64,000 bases of DNA from a virus (IMGVR_UViG_3300006753_004675:5887-69886), one strand, 5' to 3'. Counted from the first letter of the stretch, positions 19,689-29,849 are shown. A program made the numbers and translations. Notes: generated by a model not told the origin, from the sequence alone.

Positions 19689-20097
19689 CGATATCAAGAC
19701 AGCATGGGTTTCTAGGGGATGGAATATCAATAAAAAGCCGTGGGGCCGTGAGCATAGCTGGTCTTCATTTACGGCAGGGCATGGCAAGCTTCTTTTTATC
19801 GAACAGGGACACAGAACAAGTTTAAAATTCAATCCACAGAAATGTGAATCTTTAATAGTGATATCTGGAAGTATAGATGTAACTTATGGCGATGAGTTAT
19901 CGCTAGATTTTCCAGAATCTCACCCATTAAAGACAGAAAGATTAGGTGTAGGTGATAGTCTCAATGTTCAGTCTAGGTGCCCATATAGAATATCAGCTAT
20001 AGAAAACTCTAGAGTAGTAGAGATTGGAAATTTTTTAAATGATATTCCATTTAGAATAAAGGATGACTATGGAAGAGGTGATGAGAAGAGCTCCTGA
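19678..20097 (+). CDS. Cupin, mannose-6-phosphate isomerase type II-like
   Basis: KPWG.E, RTSL, K.E, R..DDYGR; metal-binding His residues degenerate. Confidence 0.7.
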   Translation: MEHDDIKTAWVSRGWNINKKPWGREHSWSSFTAGHGKLLFIEQGHRTSLKFNPQKCESLIVISGSIDVTYGDELSLDFPESHPLKTERLGVGDSLNVQSRCPYRISAIENSRVVEIGNFLNDIPFRIKDDYGRGDEKSS

Positions 20098-20641
20098 ATT
20101 TATAATTTTTACAGGCCCAATGTTTGGATCAAAAACTACGCGACTACTTGCTCACATAGATAGGTTCAAATATCAGAATAGAAGTGTTGCTGCGTTCAAG
20201 CCAAGACTAGATGATAGATATTCTAAGGGAGAAATTTGCACACATAGTGGTGGAACAATTGAGGCAAAAGTTGTTGGAACTGGATTAGATATATTGGAGA
20301 ATGTTCACAGTGACGTCGATGTTGTTGCTGTAGATGAGGCTTTTATGATAGACGGTGTTTCAGATGCTCTATTGAAGCTATTTAGAATGGGAAAGACGAT
20401 ACTTGTATCATCTTTGCAATTATCTGCTAGTGGTAATGTCTTTGAAGAAGTTCGTGACATGATGCCTTGGGCCACAAAGATTGAAGTTTGTCCTGCTGTC
20501 TGTACAGTTACTGGGCTAGATGCCTTTTATACACACAAAAAATTTGACGATCTAAATGAAATATCTATTGGTGGATCAGAACTTTATGAACCGAGATGCT
20601 GGTTTCATCATAGCTTTATGAATCAGTCCGAGGATAGCTAA
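20081..20641 (+). CDS. tdk: Thymidine kinase
   Basis: GPMFGSKTT, KP.LDDRY, VDEA, IGG.E.YEPRC. Confidence 0.9.
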   Translation: MRRAPEFIIFTGPMFGSKTTRLLAHIDRFKYQNRSVAAFKPRLDDRYSKGEICTHSGGTIEAKVVGTGLDILENVHSDVDVVAVDEAFMIDGVSDALLKLFRMGKTILVSSLQLSASGNVFEEVRDMMPWATKIEVCPAVCTVTGLDAFYTHKKFDDLNEISIGGSELYEPRCWFHHSFMNQSEDS

Positions 20642-21685
20642 ATGATCGAGCCAACCAGTGTCGACCTTATAATTTATCATGCAGATTGTTCTGATGGGTT
20701 TGGAGCTGCATATTCAGCATGGAAGTGTTTGGGGAAAAAAGCTGAATACTATCCTGCTAAGCACGGATCTCTACCACCAGACGTTACGGGTAAAACTGTT
20801 GCAATTCTTGATTTTTCATATGATAATACTACGATAAAGAATATGACTGAAGAGGCAGATGGCTTGATAGTGATTGATCATCATAAGTCCGCCATGATTG
20901 AGCTTCATGATATTTCTAATACTCATTTTGATATGACTAAGAGTGGCGCGATGCTAGCATGGGAATTTTTTCATCCTGGAAAAGAGCCCCCTAAGTTTAT
21001 TCGGTATATCGAAGATAGGGATCTTTGGAAGTGGGAACTTGAGTATTCAAAAGAGTTTTCTGCTGCGTTTGATATGGTCCCATTTGAATTTGAAGAATTT
21101 TTAAAGTTTGAGGATGACTCTGTTTTTGATGATGCAGTCAAGCGGGGATCATATATTTTGGCATACTCTAAGACTGTTGTTAAAAAAGTATGTGAAAAGG
21201 CGAAGCCTAGAAAGTTCAAGGGCATGGATGTTTTAGTTGTTAACTCATCTCACTGGATGTCTGAGATTGGAGCTAGACTTTCTCCAGATTGCGATTTTGC
21301 AGTGATATGGTATTATGATCATGAAAATAGAAATATAAAAGTCAGCCTGAGATCATTTCATGATTCAATTGATGTTTGTGAAATAGCTAAGGAATTTGGG
21401 GGAGGCGGCCATAAAAAGGCTGCAGGATTCTCTCTATCAGGAGAAACTATAGTTGATGATCTATTTGATGTAGTTGATGAGCCGATAGTTGATACAACAC
21501 CTGCAAGAGAGGCACTCAAGGAGATTCGACAGTCCCTAGAAGAAAAAGGAGATGTCGACAAGGAAGAGGCAGTCGATCAGATGGAGGCAATATTAGATGA
21601 GCTTGAGACAGACACAAAAGAAGATCAAGGACAAGAAGAGACAGATGACAGCGAGACTCAGCAAGCTGATGATAAAGAATCCTAA
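20642..21685 (+). CDS. DHH/DHHA1 phosphoesterase (NrnB-like) with acidic tail
   Basis: YHADCSDG, LDFS, IDHH, DRDLW, SLRS, GGGGHKKAAG. Confidence 0.85.
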   Translation: MIEPTSVDLIIYHADCSDGFGAAYSAWKCLGKKAEYYPAKHGSLPPDVTGKTVAILDFSYDNTTIKNMTEEADGLIVIDHHKSAMIELHDISNTHFDMTKSGAMLAWEFFHPGKEPPKFIRYIEDRDLWKWELEYSKEFSAAFDMVPFEFEEFLKFEDDSVFDDAVKRGSYILAYSKTVVKKVCEKAKPRKFKGMDVLVVNSSHWMSEIGARLSPDCDFAVIWYYDHENRNIKVSLRSFHDSIDVCEIAKEFGGGGHKKAAGFSLSGETIVDDLFDVVDEPIVDTTPAREALKEIRQSLEEKGDVDKEEAVDQMEAILDELETDTKEDQGQEETDDSETQQADDKES

Positions 21686-21706
21686 TTGTTATGAGAGAGT
21701 TTTTTA

Positions 21707-22462
21707 ATGTCGTATCAGGCGTTTGCAAAGCCAATAATGTCTTTTTTATCAGGAATAGATAATCCCAGAATTCTAGAGATAGGTGTGGATAAAGGTCAAA
21801 CTTCAATACCTTTGATTCACAACTTAACATTAGAGTGTAACAGATTTCTATACGAGGGAATTGATCTAGTTATTCAAGACTCTGTTATACAGTCTCTTAC
21901 AGCAATGCTCAATGTAAGTGTTAATCAGCTGGAAGATAGTCCTAATGTAAATCTGATAAAAGGAAATAGCTTATCCCTTTTACAAGTGCTAATAGAGGAG
22001 AATTTAAAATATGATCTAGTTCTTGTAGATGGTGATCACAATTATCACACAGTCTCCAAAGAATTAGAAATGATTCAAGACTTATGTCACCCAACATCTC
22101 TAATTATTTGTGATGATTATTTTGGAAAGTGGGAAAAAAAAGATCTATACTATAGCGAGTACGAGCACTATTCAGATGTATCAGACACAACACCTAGAAA
22201 GAATACAAAAAAACAAGGTGTAAGAAGTGCAGTAGATGATTTTGTGAAAAATTCAGACAGTAGATGGTCTTGCTATTCTATGCTGGTTGGCGATGGTGAT
22301 CAGGAAATCAAAGGCGCCGATTTCTGCATCTTACATCAGAAAAATTTTATAAAACTTACATGTGAACCAGGTGCGAATTACATGTATGAGACAAAATTAA
22401 AGATGGAGATTAATGGGAGCTTTTCACATAGATTTATAGATTCACCGCTTAGGAGTATGTGA
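21707..22462 (+). CDS. Class I SAM-dependent methyltransferase (Methyltransf_24-like)
   Basis: ILEIGV.KG, VDGDHNY, ICDDY, GV..AVD.F. Confidence 0.75.
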   Translation: MSYQAFAKPIMSFLSGIDNPRILEIGVDKGQTSIPLIHNLTLECNRFLYEGIDLVIQDSVIQSLTAMLNVSVNQLEDSPNVNLIKGNSLSLLQVLIEENLKYDLVLVDGDHNYHTVSKELEMIQDLCHPTSLIICDDYFGKWEKKDLYYSEYEHYSDVSDTTPRKNTKKQGVRSAVDDFVKNSDSRWSCYSMLVGDGDQEIKGADFCILHQKNFIKLTCEPGANYMYETKLKMEINGSFSHRFIDSPLRSM

Positions 22463-22465
22463 ATA

Positions 22466-22867
22466 ATGAGGCCTGAATGGGATGAAATCTGGATGCAGTT
22501 TGCACAGTCAATATCGCGAAGATCTTATGATCCTCGTCACCAAGTTGGAGCTATTGTTGTAACAGGTGATAACACACAGATTTTGGCAGTAGGATATAAT
22601 GGAAATCATTCTGGAGGACCCAATGAGGTTGAATCATATGTTCCCGGTGAATCTGGAATGCTACATGCAGAAATTAATGCGCTGTTAAAGATGGACTATA
22701 ACAACCCTAAGAGAAAAATACTTTATGTTACTCTTTCACCATGTAGAATGTGTGCAAAAGCCATTATAAATTCTGGAATTAGTGAAGTTGTCTATAATGA
22801 AGAATATAGAGACAGGTCAGGAGTAGATCTACTTTTAGAGTCTGAAGTCATTGTTAGAAAATATTAG
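22466..22867 (+). CDS. dCMP deaminase
   Basis: RP.WD, VGA, GYNG, HAEINA, PCRMC. Confidence 0.9.
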   Translation: MRPEWDEIWMQFAQSISRRSYDPRHQVGAIVVTGDNTQILAVGYNGNHSGGPNEVESYVPGESGMLHAEINALLKMDYNNPKRKILYVTLSPCRMCAKAIINSGISEVVYNEEYRDRSGVDLLLESEVIVRKY

Positions 22868-22879
22868 TTAATCTACATC

Positions 22880-22887
22880 ATATTTAA
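22880..22887 (+). promoter_or_regulatory. ATATTTAA putative late promoter box
   Basis: Same box recurs upstream of many leader-bearing genes. Confidence 0.4.
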
Positions 22888-22905
22888 TTTACGATAGAGA
22901 GATTT

Positions 22906-23772
22906 ATGCCTGTATACCAGAGAGATGACAAAAAGATTCACTTCATTCATATTCCTAAGACAGCAGGAATGTCTGTAAGAAAGCTGCTTGAATCTAACGG
23001 GTGGAATAGAATTAATGAGCCTCGGGAGTTTTGTCCAGGAGTTTCAGGCCACGGTCACGCACCTTATAAGTTTTGGAGTCTGTGGGACGAGACTAAAAAC
23101 GTAGATTTTGAATTTTCTATTGTTAGAAATCCAATGTCTAGAGTAGTTTCACATTTACAAATGACAATTCTTCATCAATTTGATCGAGCTGCTCAAGAAT
23201 TGTTAAGCCTGGGTGCTTCAATTGACCCTGAGGATTTTATTAGTTTTTTTGAAAAAATAGGCATTCATGACATTCGAGACATGCCAGAGGATCAGGTTTT
23301 AGATAAGATTGGAAGCATTTTTACATCTAGCTGGAGTGACTCCAACCTTATTGCAAAGATAAATTACGGGTATGTGTGGCTAGAAGAAAACCTTAATAAA
23401 GAGTTAGAGATGTCATCGTGGCCAGAATTGATAGACTTATATTTGAAAGACTGGATTAGAGAGGTGGGTGACGACTTTGAAACAATCGGTGCAGTTCCAT
23501 GCCCGATGCACCTATATAATTCTGATAATACGAATGTCTATAGGCTTGAAACAGATATAAAGAAAATGATATCTGACCTAAAGGATCTAAAAATCATTCA
23601 TCTGCTTGATACTATGCCCAAAATAAATAAAAATTATCATAATTTTACTCCAGGTAGAGAGTCTTCATGGGAAGACTTTCCAAATATCAAAGAAAGATTT
23701 TTTAATTTATATGATAAGGATTTTGAACTATTTGAATATGATAGGTCTACCTCCTTTCCTGAGGTCAGATAA
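22906..23772 (+). CDS. Sulfotransferase family 2 protein
   Basis: FIHIPKTAG.S, FSIVRNP..R..S, YRLE, Y.KDFELF.Y. Confidence 0.75.
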   Translation: MPVYQRDDKKIHFIHIPKTAGMSVRKLLESNGWNRINEPREFCPGVSGHGHAPYKFWSLWDETKNVDFEFSIVRNPMSRVVSHLQMTILHQFDRAAQELLSLGASIDPEDFISFFEKIGIHDIRDMPEDQVLDKIGSIFTSSWSDSNLIAKINYGYVWLEENLNKELEMSSWPELIDLYLKDWIREVGDDFETIGAVPCPMHLYNSDNTNVYRLETDIKKMISDLKDLKIIHLLDTMPKINKNYHNFTPGRESSWEDFPNIKERFFNLYDKDFELFEYDRSTSFPEVR

Positions 23773-24038
23773 TGAAAGTTTTTTCTGCAGAAGATATGAT
23801 TAAGATTATTGAAGGAATTCAACACGAAAACCTTGATGTTTCTATAGGAAAAGGTGATGAAAAAAGAATAATTATAAAGCCTGGCCTTAAGATAAGACAT
23901 AAAGAATCTAAATTGGTCTATACAGTGATAGCAATTTTATCTAATGATGGTGAATCTAATTTTAAGATTTTGTGCTTTAGGCCCGGTAAAAGAATACTTA
24001 TACCTAGTGAAGAATTTAAAGATTATGAGAGGCATTAA
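23772..24038 (+). CDS. Hypothetical protein (small beta-barrel-like)
   Basis: Translationally coupled on both sides. Confidence 0.55.
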   Translation: MKVFSAEDMIKIIEGIQHENLDVSIGKGDEKRIIIKPGLKIRHKESKLVYTVIAILSNDGESNFKILCFRPGKRILIPSEEFKDYERH

Positions 24039-24733
24039 TGTCAAGTTTTACGAATAAAGACCTTAAAGAAACAATAAGAAATTCTCTTCATTTAAATGAA
24101 GAAGATATTTTAAAAGAATCTTATGTAGCACAACTCAAGCAATTTAATCTTCCTACAGAGCTTTTGAGTGCAGCAAATAAGGCAAATCACATAGAGCTCT
24201 ATGAAAACTATGTAAAGGAATTCAATAGAATAAGTGCAGAGCTAGATACAGTAGATAGAGAAGCATCTAGTTCAAATCACTCTCGGTATAGATCTTTAAA
24301 GATAGATGAAACGTTTAACATGAATGCAATCTATTTGCATGAATTATATTTTTCCAATATTAGCGATCTTCATAGTGAAATTTCTATGGATTCAATTTCA
24401 TATATGAGACTAGCAAGAGATTTTGGAACATTCGATGAGTGGCAGGAAGACTTTATAGCGTGTTGCATGGCATCTAGATGCGGCTGGGCGATAACATATT
24501 TTAATGTTTATCTACAGTCATATATGAATTGTGCAATTGATCTTCATAGTCTTAATGTTCCTTTTGGATCCTACCCAGTAATAGTTATGGACATGTGGCA
24601 ACATGCATACTATAGAGATTATTTACGTGATGTAAAGACATATACGTTTGCAATGATGAAACAGCTTAACTGGAATGTCATTGGAGAGAGATTTAAAAAG
24701 GCAGAAGCCATACAATCTGTTTTGAGGTCATAA
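24038..24733 (+). CDS. Fe/Mn superoxide dismutase family protein with N-terminal leader
   Basis: H..LY..YV, N...LHELYF, GW, DMWQHAYY. Confidence 0.85.
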   Translation: MSSFTNKDLKETIRNSLHLNEEDILKESYVAQLKQFNLPTELLSAANKANHIELYENYVKEFNRISAELDTVDREASSSNHSRYRSLKIDETFNMNAIYLHELYFSNISDLHSEISMDSISYMRLARDFGTFDEWQEDFIACCMASRCGWAITYFNVYLQSYMNCAIDLHSLNVPFGSYPVIVMDMWQHAYYRDYLRDVKTYTFAMMKQLNWNVIGERFKKAEAIQSVLRS

Positions 24734-25381
24734 ATGAATAATGTAAACAGGCACATGATTAGAAGAATTATACTTGAGGAAGTCGAGGAGCTATTTGTAG
24801 CGTCTGATGCTGAAGAAGTTACAAGGCTATCAAAAGATTCTGCTGATGATCAAATAGACGCTTTTATTCTTAAGTTTGAAAAGGATTCAATTGAAGAAGA
24901 GGAAGGTGAAGATCTTCTTGAATCATTAAGAAATCTCTCACTAAGGGGAATTTTAAATGAACAGCCATCACCAGATGATCTTCCAGAGCCAGAAGATCTT
25001 GCCGCGCCGCCCGAAGAACCTGCTCCTGAAGCAGAGGAAGAAGTAGAAGTAGAGGATCCGGCTGGGAGTGAGGATGTGACAGTTACAGATGCAGAAGAAC
25101 TTCCAAAGCCACCGCTTAACATAGACGAATTTACAAAAAGAGTTGCAAGACTCGCAATGAACTATGAAACTCTACTAGATATAAAAACAATTATAGTTAA
25201 CAGGGCGATGAACTTTTTGGCAGATAACTACGACAAGGCACATGTCGATGAAATGAAAGAAATATTAGATTCTCAATTTGATTTTGATCTAGACGGATCA
25301 AAAGATATTCCAGAGCCTCCATACGCTGTTGGAGCATATGCCGGAGGAACAGGACAGATGGGTGGCGGCGGCGGTGTATAG
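24734..25381 (+). CDS. Acidic hypothetical protein with leader motif (putative virion/internal protein)
   Basis: MIRRIILEE, LRGILNE; Pro/Glu-rich linker. Confidence 0.55.
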   Translation: MNNVNRHMIRRIILEEVEELFVASDAEEVTRLSKDSADDQIDAFILKFEKDSIEEEEGEDLLESLRNLSLRGILNEQPSPDDLPEPEDLAAPPEEPAPEAEEEVEVEDPAGSEDVTVTDAEELPKPPLNIDEFTKRVARLAMNYETLLDIKTIIVNRAMNFLADNYDKAHVDEMKEILDSQFDFDLDGSKDIPEPPYAVGAYAGGTGQMGGGGGV

Positions 25382-25668
25382 TGCCTAAAAAAACATATAA
25401 AGATTTTGAGACAAAAAAGACAATTCACTTTAACATAACTCGTGAAGCTCATTCGAATCTTAGGATAATATGTTTTAAAAAAAGGGTATCTATGCAAGAA
25501 GTCTTTGAAGAAATATCTCAAAGAATAGCTGCAGAATCTCCAGATATGATGGATTTAATAAATGACCTTTCACAAAGAAAAAGAGATGGTATAATTAAAA
25601 AGTTATCCAAGTCCGATGTCGAGTCATTGTTTAATGTTATAGAAAAAGAAAATCCACTGGCAGAATAA
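25381..25668 (+). CDS. Hypothetical protein, ribbon-helix-helix-like
   Basis: KKTIHFNIT..AH..LR..C.....SMQEV pattern. Confidence 0.45.
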   Translation: MPKKTYKDFETKKTIHFNITREAHSNLRIICFKKRVSMQEVFEEISQRIAAESPDMMDLINDLSQRKRDGIIKKLSKSDVESLFNVIEKENPLAE

Positions 25669-25669
25669 G

Positions 25670-25933
25670 ATGAAAAAATTTCTAAAGATTTTTGGTTTTA
25701 AAAATAAAAAGCTGTCACGTATTGAAAATAGAATCGCTGACATAGAGGTTCAGCTAAATGAATCCCTTTTAATTATTTCCAAACAAGCAGAGATGATAGC
25801 TATACTTGCTAAAATACAGGGTGATCTTGTTTCATATATCCACGATAATGAAATCATAAATGATAAAAATAAAAAATTATCTTCAGGAATAATTCTTCTA
25901 GAGACAGTTGATGATGACGGTTTTATAAATTAA
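25670..25933 (+). CDS. Hypothetical coiled-coil protein
   Basis: ORF tiling. Confidence 0.5.
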   Translation: MKKFLKIFGFKNKKLSRIENRIADIEVQLNESLLIISKQAEMIAILAKIQGDLVSYIHDNEIINDKNKKLSSGIILLETVDDDGFIN

Positions 25934-25967
25934 GAATACTTATAGTTGACTTTTACATGGAGACTGT

Positions 25968-26162
25968 ATGAAAGCTGGAATCATAGATAGAATTTTAGGA
26001 AAGATTATTTCTAGAAAATTCACAGTATTCTTAACTGCAACAGGTTTGATGATATTTTCTGATCTAACATCAGACACATGGGGCATGATAGCCATAGTAT
26101 ATATAGGAAGCCAAGGCGTCATAGATGCAGCTTTATCATGGAAGCATGGTCCGGGTCAGTAG
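25968..26162 (+). CDS. Putative holin
   Basis: 64 aa, SRKF followed by two TM segments, YIGSQG..D. Confidence 0.55.
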   Translation: MKAGIIDRILGKIISRKFTVFLTATGLMIFSDLTSDTWGMIAIVYIGSQGVIDAALSWKHGPGQ

Positions 26163-26166
26163 TTAA

Positions 26167-26571
26167 ATGACTTGGCTTGGTTTTAAATTATGTGCAAAAA
26201 AGTTCTGGCTTTGGTGCAAGAAAAATTGGAAGTTTTTCATCGGTCTAATGATTCCAATTGTTTTATCAATCATAGCGAGAAAGCAAATTAATCCTCAAAA
26301 GCTTTTAGATAAGATTAAAGATGATCATGAAAAAGAAGTTGATATATTAAATCGTTCTCATCAAAAAGAGATAGAAGATAGAGAGAAGGCTAAAAAAAGA
26401 TATGATAGTGCTATCAAAGAACTAGAAGAAAAGTATAAAGATGCAGAGCATGAGCTTGATAAGAAAAAGAAAAAAGAAGTTGAAAAAGTTTTAAAGAATC
26501 ACTCCTCTGACCCAGATGAAATCACTAGAAGAATATCAGAAATAACAGGGTTCGAAATACACATTTCATAA
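26167..26571 (+). CDS. Putative i-spanin-like protein (N-terminal TM + coiled coil)
   Basis: TM anchor then a charged heptad helix; follows the holin-like gene. Confidence 0.45.
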   Translation: MTWLGFKLCAKKFWLWCKKNWKFFIGLMIPIVLSIIARKQINPQKLLDKIKDDHEKEVDILNRSHQKEIEDREKAKKRYDSAIKELEEKYKDAEHELDKKKKKEVEKVLKNHSSDPDEITRRISEITGFEIHIS

Positions 26572-26617
26572 ACTATCAAATATATCTGTGTATGATTGAT
26601 CTTGAAAGGATGTGAAA

Positions 26618-27082
26618 ATGAAAAATCCAATATTGCATTATTTTACAATTGTTTGTTTTTTAACAAACATATTAATCATTCCTTCTACTGCACATGCTGA
26701 CGAACAGGTCGCAACAGTTATAGAAGGACAGGCAGCACCGTTTAATGGGACACTATTTAGTACGGAGGCGGCAGCTAGACTTCTATCTGATCTGACATTT
26801 TCAGAAGAGGCCTGTCAAATAAAACTTGAGCAATCAAATGAAGAACAGCAGGCTCAATGTCAATTACAGCTAGATATACTACAAGCCTCTAAAGATGCCA
26901 TACAGATGAGGTATGAAGAAACGATTGTAGTTAGAAATGATCACATACAATATTTAGAAAAACAGCTGACGAAGCCAAAGATTCCCCAGGAGCTTTCATT
27001 TGTCCTGGGTGTCGTCGCGGGAATAGGTCTCACTCTTGGAGCAACATTTGCAATGAGTGAGATTGTAAAATCAACAAATTGA
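26618..27082 (+). CDS. Exported coiled-coil protein with C-terminal TM (spanin partner candidate)
   Basis: Signal peptide AHA-DE, APFNGTL, coiled coil, C-terminal GxxxG TM. Confidence 0.45.
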   Translation: MKNPILHYFTIVCFLTNILIIPSTAHADEQVATVIEGQAAPFNGTLFSTEAAARLLSDLTFSEEACQIKLEQSNEEQQAQCQLQLDILQASKDAIQMRYEETIVVRNDHIQYLEKQLTKPKIPQELSFVLGVVAGIGLTLGATFAMSEIVKSTN

Positions 27083-27093
27083 TCATAAGCAAG

Positions 27094-27101
27094 ATATTTA
27101 T
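27094..27101 (+). promoter_or_regulatory. ATATTTAT putative late promoter box
   Basis: Intergenic, just upstream of GAGGAG RBS. Confidence 0.45.
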
Positions 27102-27116
27102 CATTGAGGAGCTATT

Positions 27117-29075
27117 ATGAAGGTCGTCGTTGATAGAGTTGCACTTAAAAATGTTATTCAAAAATTAGTTTCAGAAGATAGAAGTATTCACACAACAAGA
27201 ATAGATGTGATTGCCGGAAACTCTGAAGATGTTGAAATGTCTGATGAGAATGAAGATCAGCCAATTCATCCAAATCCACAAATGGCGACACAGCTTTCTG
27301 TAGACAGGCCACCCGTAGAGGACCCTGATTTCGTACCGGGAACAATTGAAGAGCTATCTAGATCCGCATCAGTTTTAGCAATGGAGGTGCCCGATGATCA
27401 AATAGACTTTTTCTATAGAAGCCTTCATGAATTACTAGATAGAGCTTTAGATGAACATGATAAAAAGAAGTATGACATATCAGAAAACTTTATTAGATCA
27501 AGAATAAAGAGAGTATTAAAAGAAGTAGAAGAGATGACAGACGAAGATGAGGAAAGAATCTTTTCTTCTATAGCAAATACTGATCCTATAGATACAGTTC
27601 TTAACTCGATGAGAGAGTTTGAAGATAGAATCTTCAAAGCTAGAAAAGAAGCAGTCTTCAGTGTCAGCCCTGATGTCTTAGATCATATAGACGAACTTTA
27701 TGACTGGATGTTCTATCCCAAAGACAGTGAGCAATTTATGCTTCCTCAAAAAGTTCTTAAAATAATTGAAAGACCAGAAGTCAAGGGAGCTTTTAGAGAT
27801 GCACTAAAAGCCACTAATATGAGTGAAGAGGAGCTTAAGCGAGAAATTATAAGAAGATATCGAGCCCTCCAGCCTGCACCTGAAAAATCTCTACAAGAAA
27901 CTCCAAGTGTTGCAGCTGAGATGTATTCAAACGTTCAAGCAGATAAGATAATGAAAAGTGTGGAGGGAGATGCTGATAAATTTATTTCAAAATTTGATGA
28001 TCTCATAAGAGCCACAAAAGAATCTAATATGTCTACAATAACAGTTAAGTTTGCTGAGAGGACTGGAGAGCCTCCATTAAAGATAGATATTCCGATAGAC
28101 ATGTATATATCTGCTCTTGAAAGTGTAAGAGAAGAAAGGGCAAGTGAGTTTCAAAAGGCCAGGGAAAAAGAGGAGGAAGTAGAGGTAGAACCAGAAGTTG
28201 ATGTAAAGCTTCTTCAAAAACAGGCTAGAGAGAGAGAAAAGACTGAAAGGCAACAGCTCGCTGATGAGCTTGGAACGACATATGGTGCGCTCACAAATAT
28301 CGAACAAGATATGGCAGTAGCGTTAGGTCCCAGAATAGCTGGTGCAAAAATGAGAGCACCCAGAAGAGCAGATCCAGATAAGCTTGGAATGTTAAAGAAG
28401 ATATACGTCGCTATCTTTGATAAATTAAGTAGTGAGATATCTAGAGAGGTCGTAGCTCCCAAATTCGCTGAGATGCACAACCTAACAGGAAAACTATCAC
28501 CAGAAGAGAGAAAGATAATAAATCAGACAGCATCTGAGATCACGTCGGAAATCTTTGGATTTGATAAGGAAAATCTTTCTTTTACAAACAAAGATGCTGC
28601 AGAGATAGCAAGACAGTTTGTAACAGATTTTGTTAAGCAGCTCGATAAAGATTTAACGGGACCATTCTTTGATGCGCTTCCTGATTACGCTGATTTTAAA
28701 ACAGGAGATATGGAGTTTGAAGCAAGAACAGATTTTACACCGAAGGACCTTAGAGAGACTAGAAGCACTGCTAAAAATATTGCATATTTGATAAGAAACA
28801 TATTTAATGTAGGCTATGAATTAGAAGCCATGTCACAAAAACTTAAAATGGATGCCAGACAGGCGGGTCGATCAGGTGATTCAAAAGCAAGTAAAAGACT
28901 GAGAATGGAGGCAGAAGAATATGAAAATGAATCATCGAAATATATGACCAGGCCTCTTGAAATACTTGCCGCGCTCAAAGAGACAGAGGTGTCTCCGAAG
29001 GTATTAAGGAAGTATATTTCACCAATGGAAGCGATAGTGAATAGCCTATATTCAGCAACGGAAGAGGCACAATAG
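27117..29075 (+). CDS. Large helical hypothetical protein with leader motifs
   Basis: ALKNVIQKLVSE and FIRSRIKRVLKE. Confidence 0.65.
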   Translation: MKVVVDRVALKNVIQKLVSEDRSIHTTRIDVIAGNSEDVEMSDENEDQPIHPNPQMATQLSVDRPPVEDPDFVPGTIEELSRSASVLAMEVPDDQIDFFYRSLHELLDRALDEHDKKKYDISENFIRSRIKRVLKEVEEMTDEDEERIFSSIANTDPIDTVLNSMREFEDRIFKARKEAVFSVSPDVLDHIDELYDWMFYPKDSEQFMLPQKVLKIIERPEVKGAFRDALKATNMSEEELKREIIRRYRALQPAPEKSLQETPSVAAEMYSNVQADKIMKSVEGDADKFISKFDDLIRATKESNMSTITVKFAERTGEPPLKIDIPIDMYISALESVREERASEFQKAREKEEEVEVEPEVDVKLLQKQAREREKTERQQLADELGTTYGALTNIEQDMAVALGPRIAGAKMRAPRRADPDKLGMLKKIYVAIFDKLSSEISREVVAPKFAEMHNLTGKLSPEERKIINQTASEITSEIFGFDKENLSFTNKDAAEIARQFVTDFVKQLDKDLTGPFFDALPDYADFKTGDMEFEARTDFTPKDLRETRSTAKNIAYLIRNIFNVGYELEAMSQKLKMDARQAGRSGDSKASKRLRMEAEEYENESSKYMTRPLEILAALKETEVSPKVLRKYISPMEAIVNSLYSATEEAQ

Positions 29076-29482
29076 TGGAAAAACCTCTTTTAAGCTATAT
29101 TGATAAAAGATTTATTCAAGAAGGATCTGATAACATCAGCTCACTTAGGAGAATTTTTGGAACTGACACAACAATTCCAAGTGATAGTCTTCCAGTTGAA
29201 GCAGAGACATCTCTGTGGGAAACACTTGAAGATCCTGAGCGTCTTATTCGTACCTATGTTTTTCAAGAATTTAGAATGCTGAAGTATTTTATAGATGAGC
29301 TTCTGATATTTCAAGAGGAGATTCAGCATCATGCGCTCGTTACGGTTGATCATTTGAGTGTAACAGTTGAGACATACACTCGAGATCTAAACGCGGTATC
29401 ATATCAAGACATAAAGCTCACAAAGTTTTGTGATGAAATTTATGGTGATACGAGATATTTTATGGAGGAAGATAGTGAATAA
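29075..29482 (+). CDS. Pterin-4-alpha-carbinolamine dehydratase-like protein with N-terminal extension
   Basis: W......L.RTY.F..F...F, QHHA, V.V.TYT.D...VS..D..L. Confidence 0.75.
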   Translation: MEKPLLSYIDKRFIQEGSDNISSLRRIFGTDTTIPSDSLPVEAETSLWETLEDPERLIRTYVFQEFRMLKYFIDELLIFQEEIQHHALVTVDHLSVTVETYTRDLNAVSYQDIKLTKFCDEIYGDTRYFMEEDSE

Positions 29483-29849
29483 TTCTGAATCAGATAGTCA
29501 GATCATGATGAGTGACTCTCTCATAGGTGAGGTAGACATGTCTCAGTTTTATCAGGATTCAGATTTAAAATCTGATCTATTGATAACGATGTGGGTTGGA
29601 GGAATTATAATAACTCAGCCAATTACATCTATAAGAATTTCAAAAAAAAGAATGAATGCTAGATTTTATTGCGAACCCGCACAGGCATTTCAAATAATAT
29701 TAAACGAAGAAGTAGATTCTGTTCAGGTATGTCAGTCATCAGGAAATACATCATTAGATTTATCAGCTTGTGAAATTTTGTCCAAGTCAATTTCTATTTC
29801 AAGTTCTGATTTTTATGAATGTAGATTGGTTGTTAAGTTGGCATCATGA
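29475..29849 (+). CDS. Hypothetical protein
   Basis: GGAGG RBS, GTG start overlapping the previous stop. Confidence 0.5.
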   Translation: MNNSESDSQIMMSDSLIGEVDMSQFYQDSDLKSDLLITMWVGGIIITQPITSIRISKKRMNARFYCEPAQAFQIILNEEVDSVQVCQSSGNTSLDLSACEILSKSISISSSDFYECRLVVKLAS

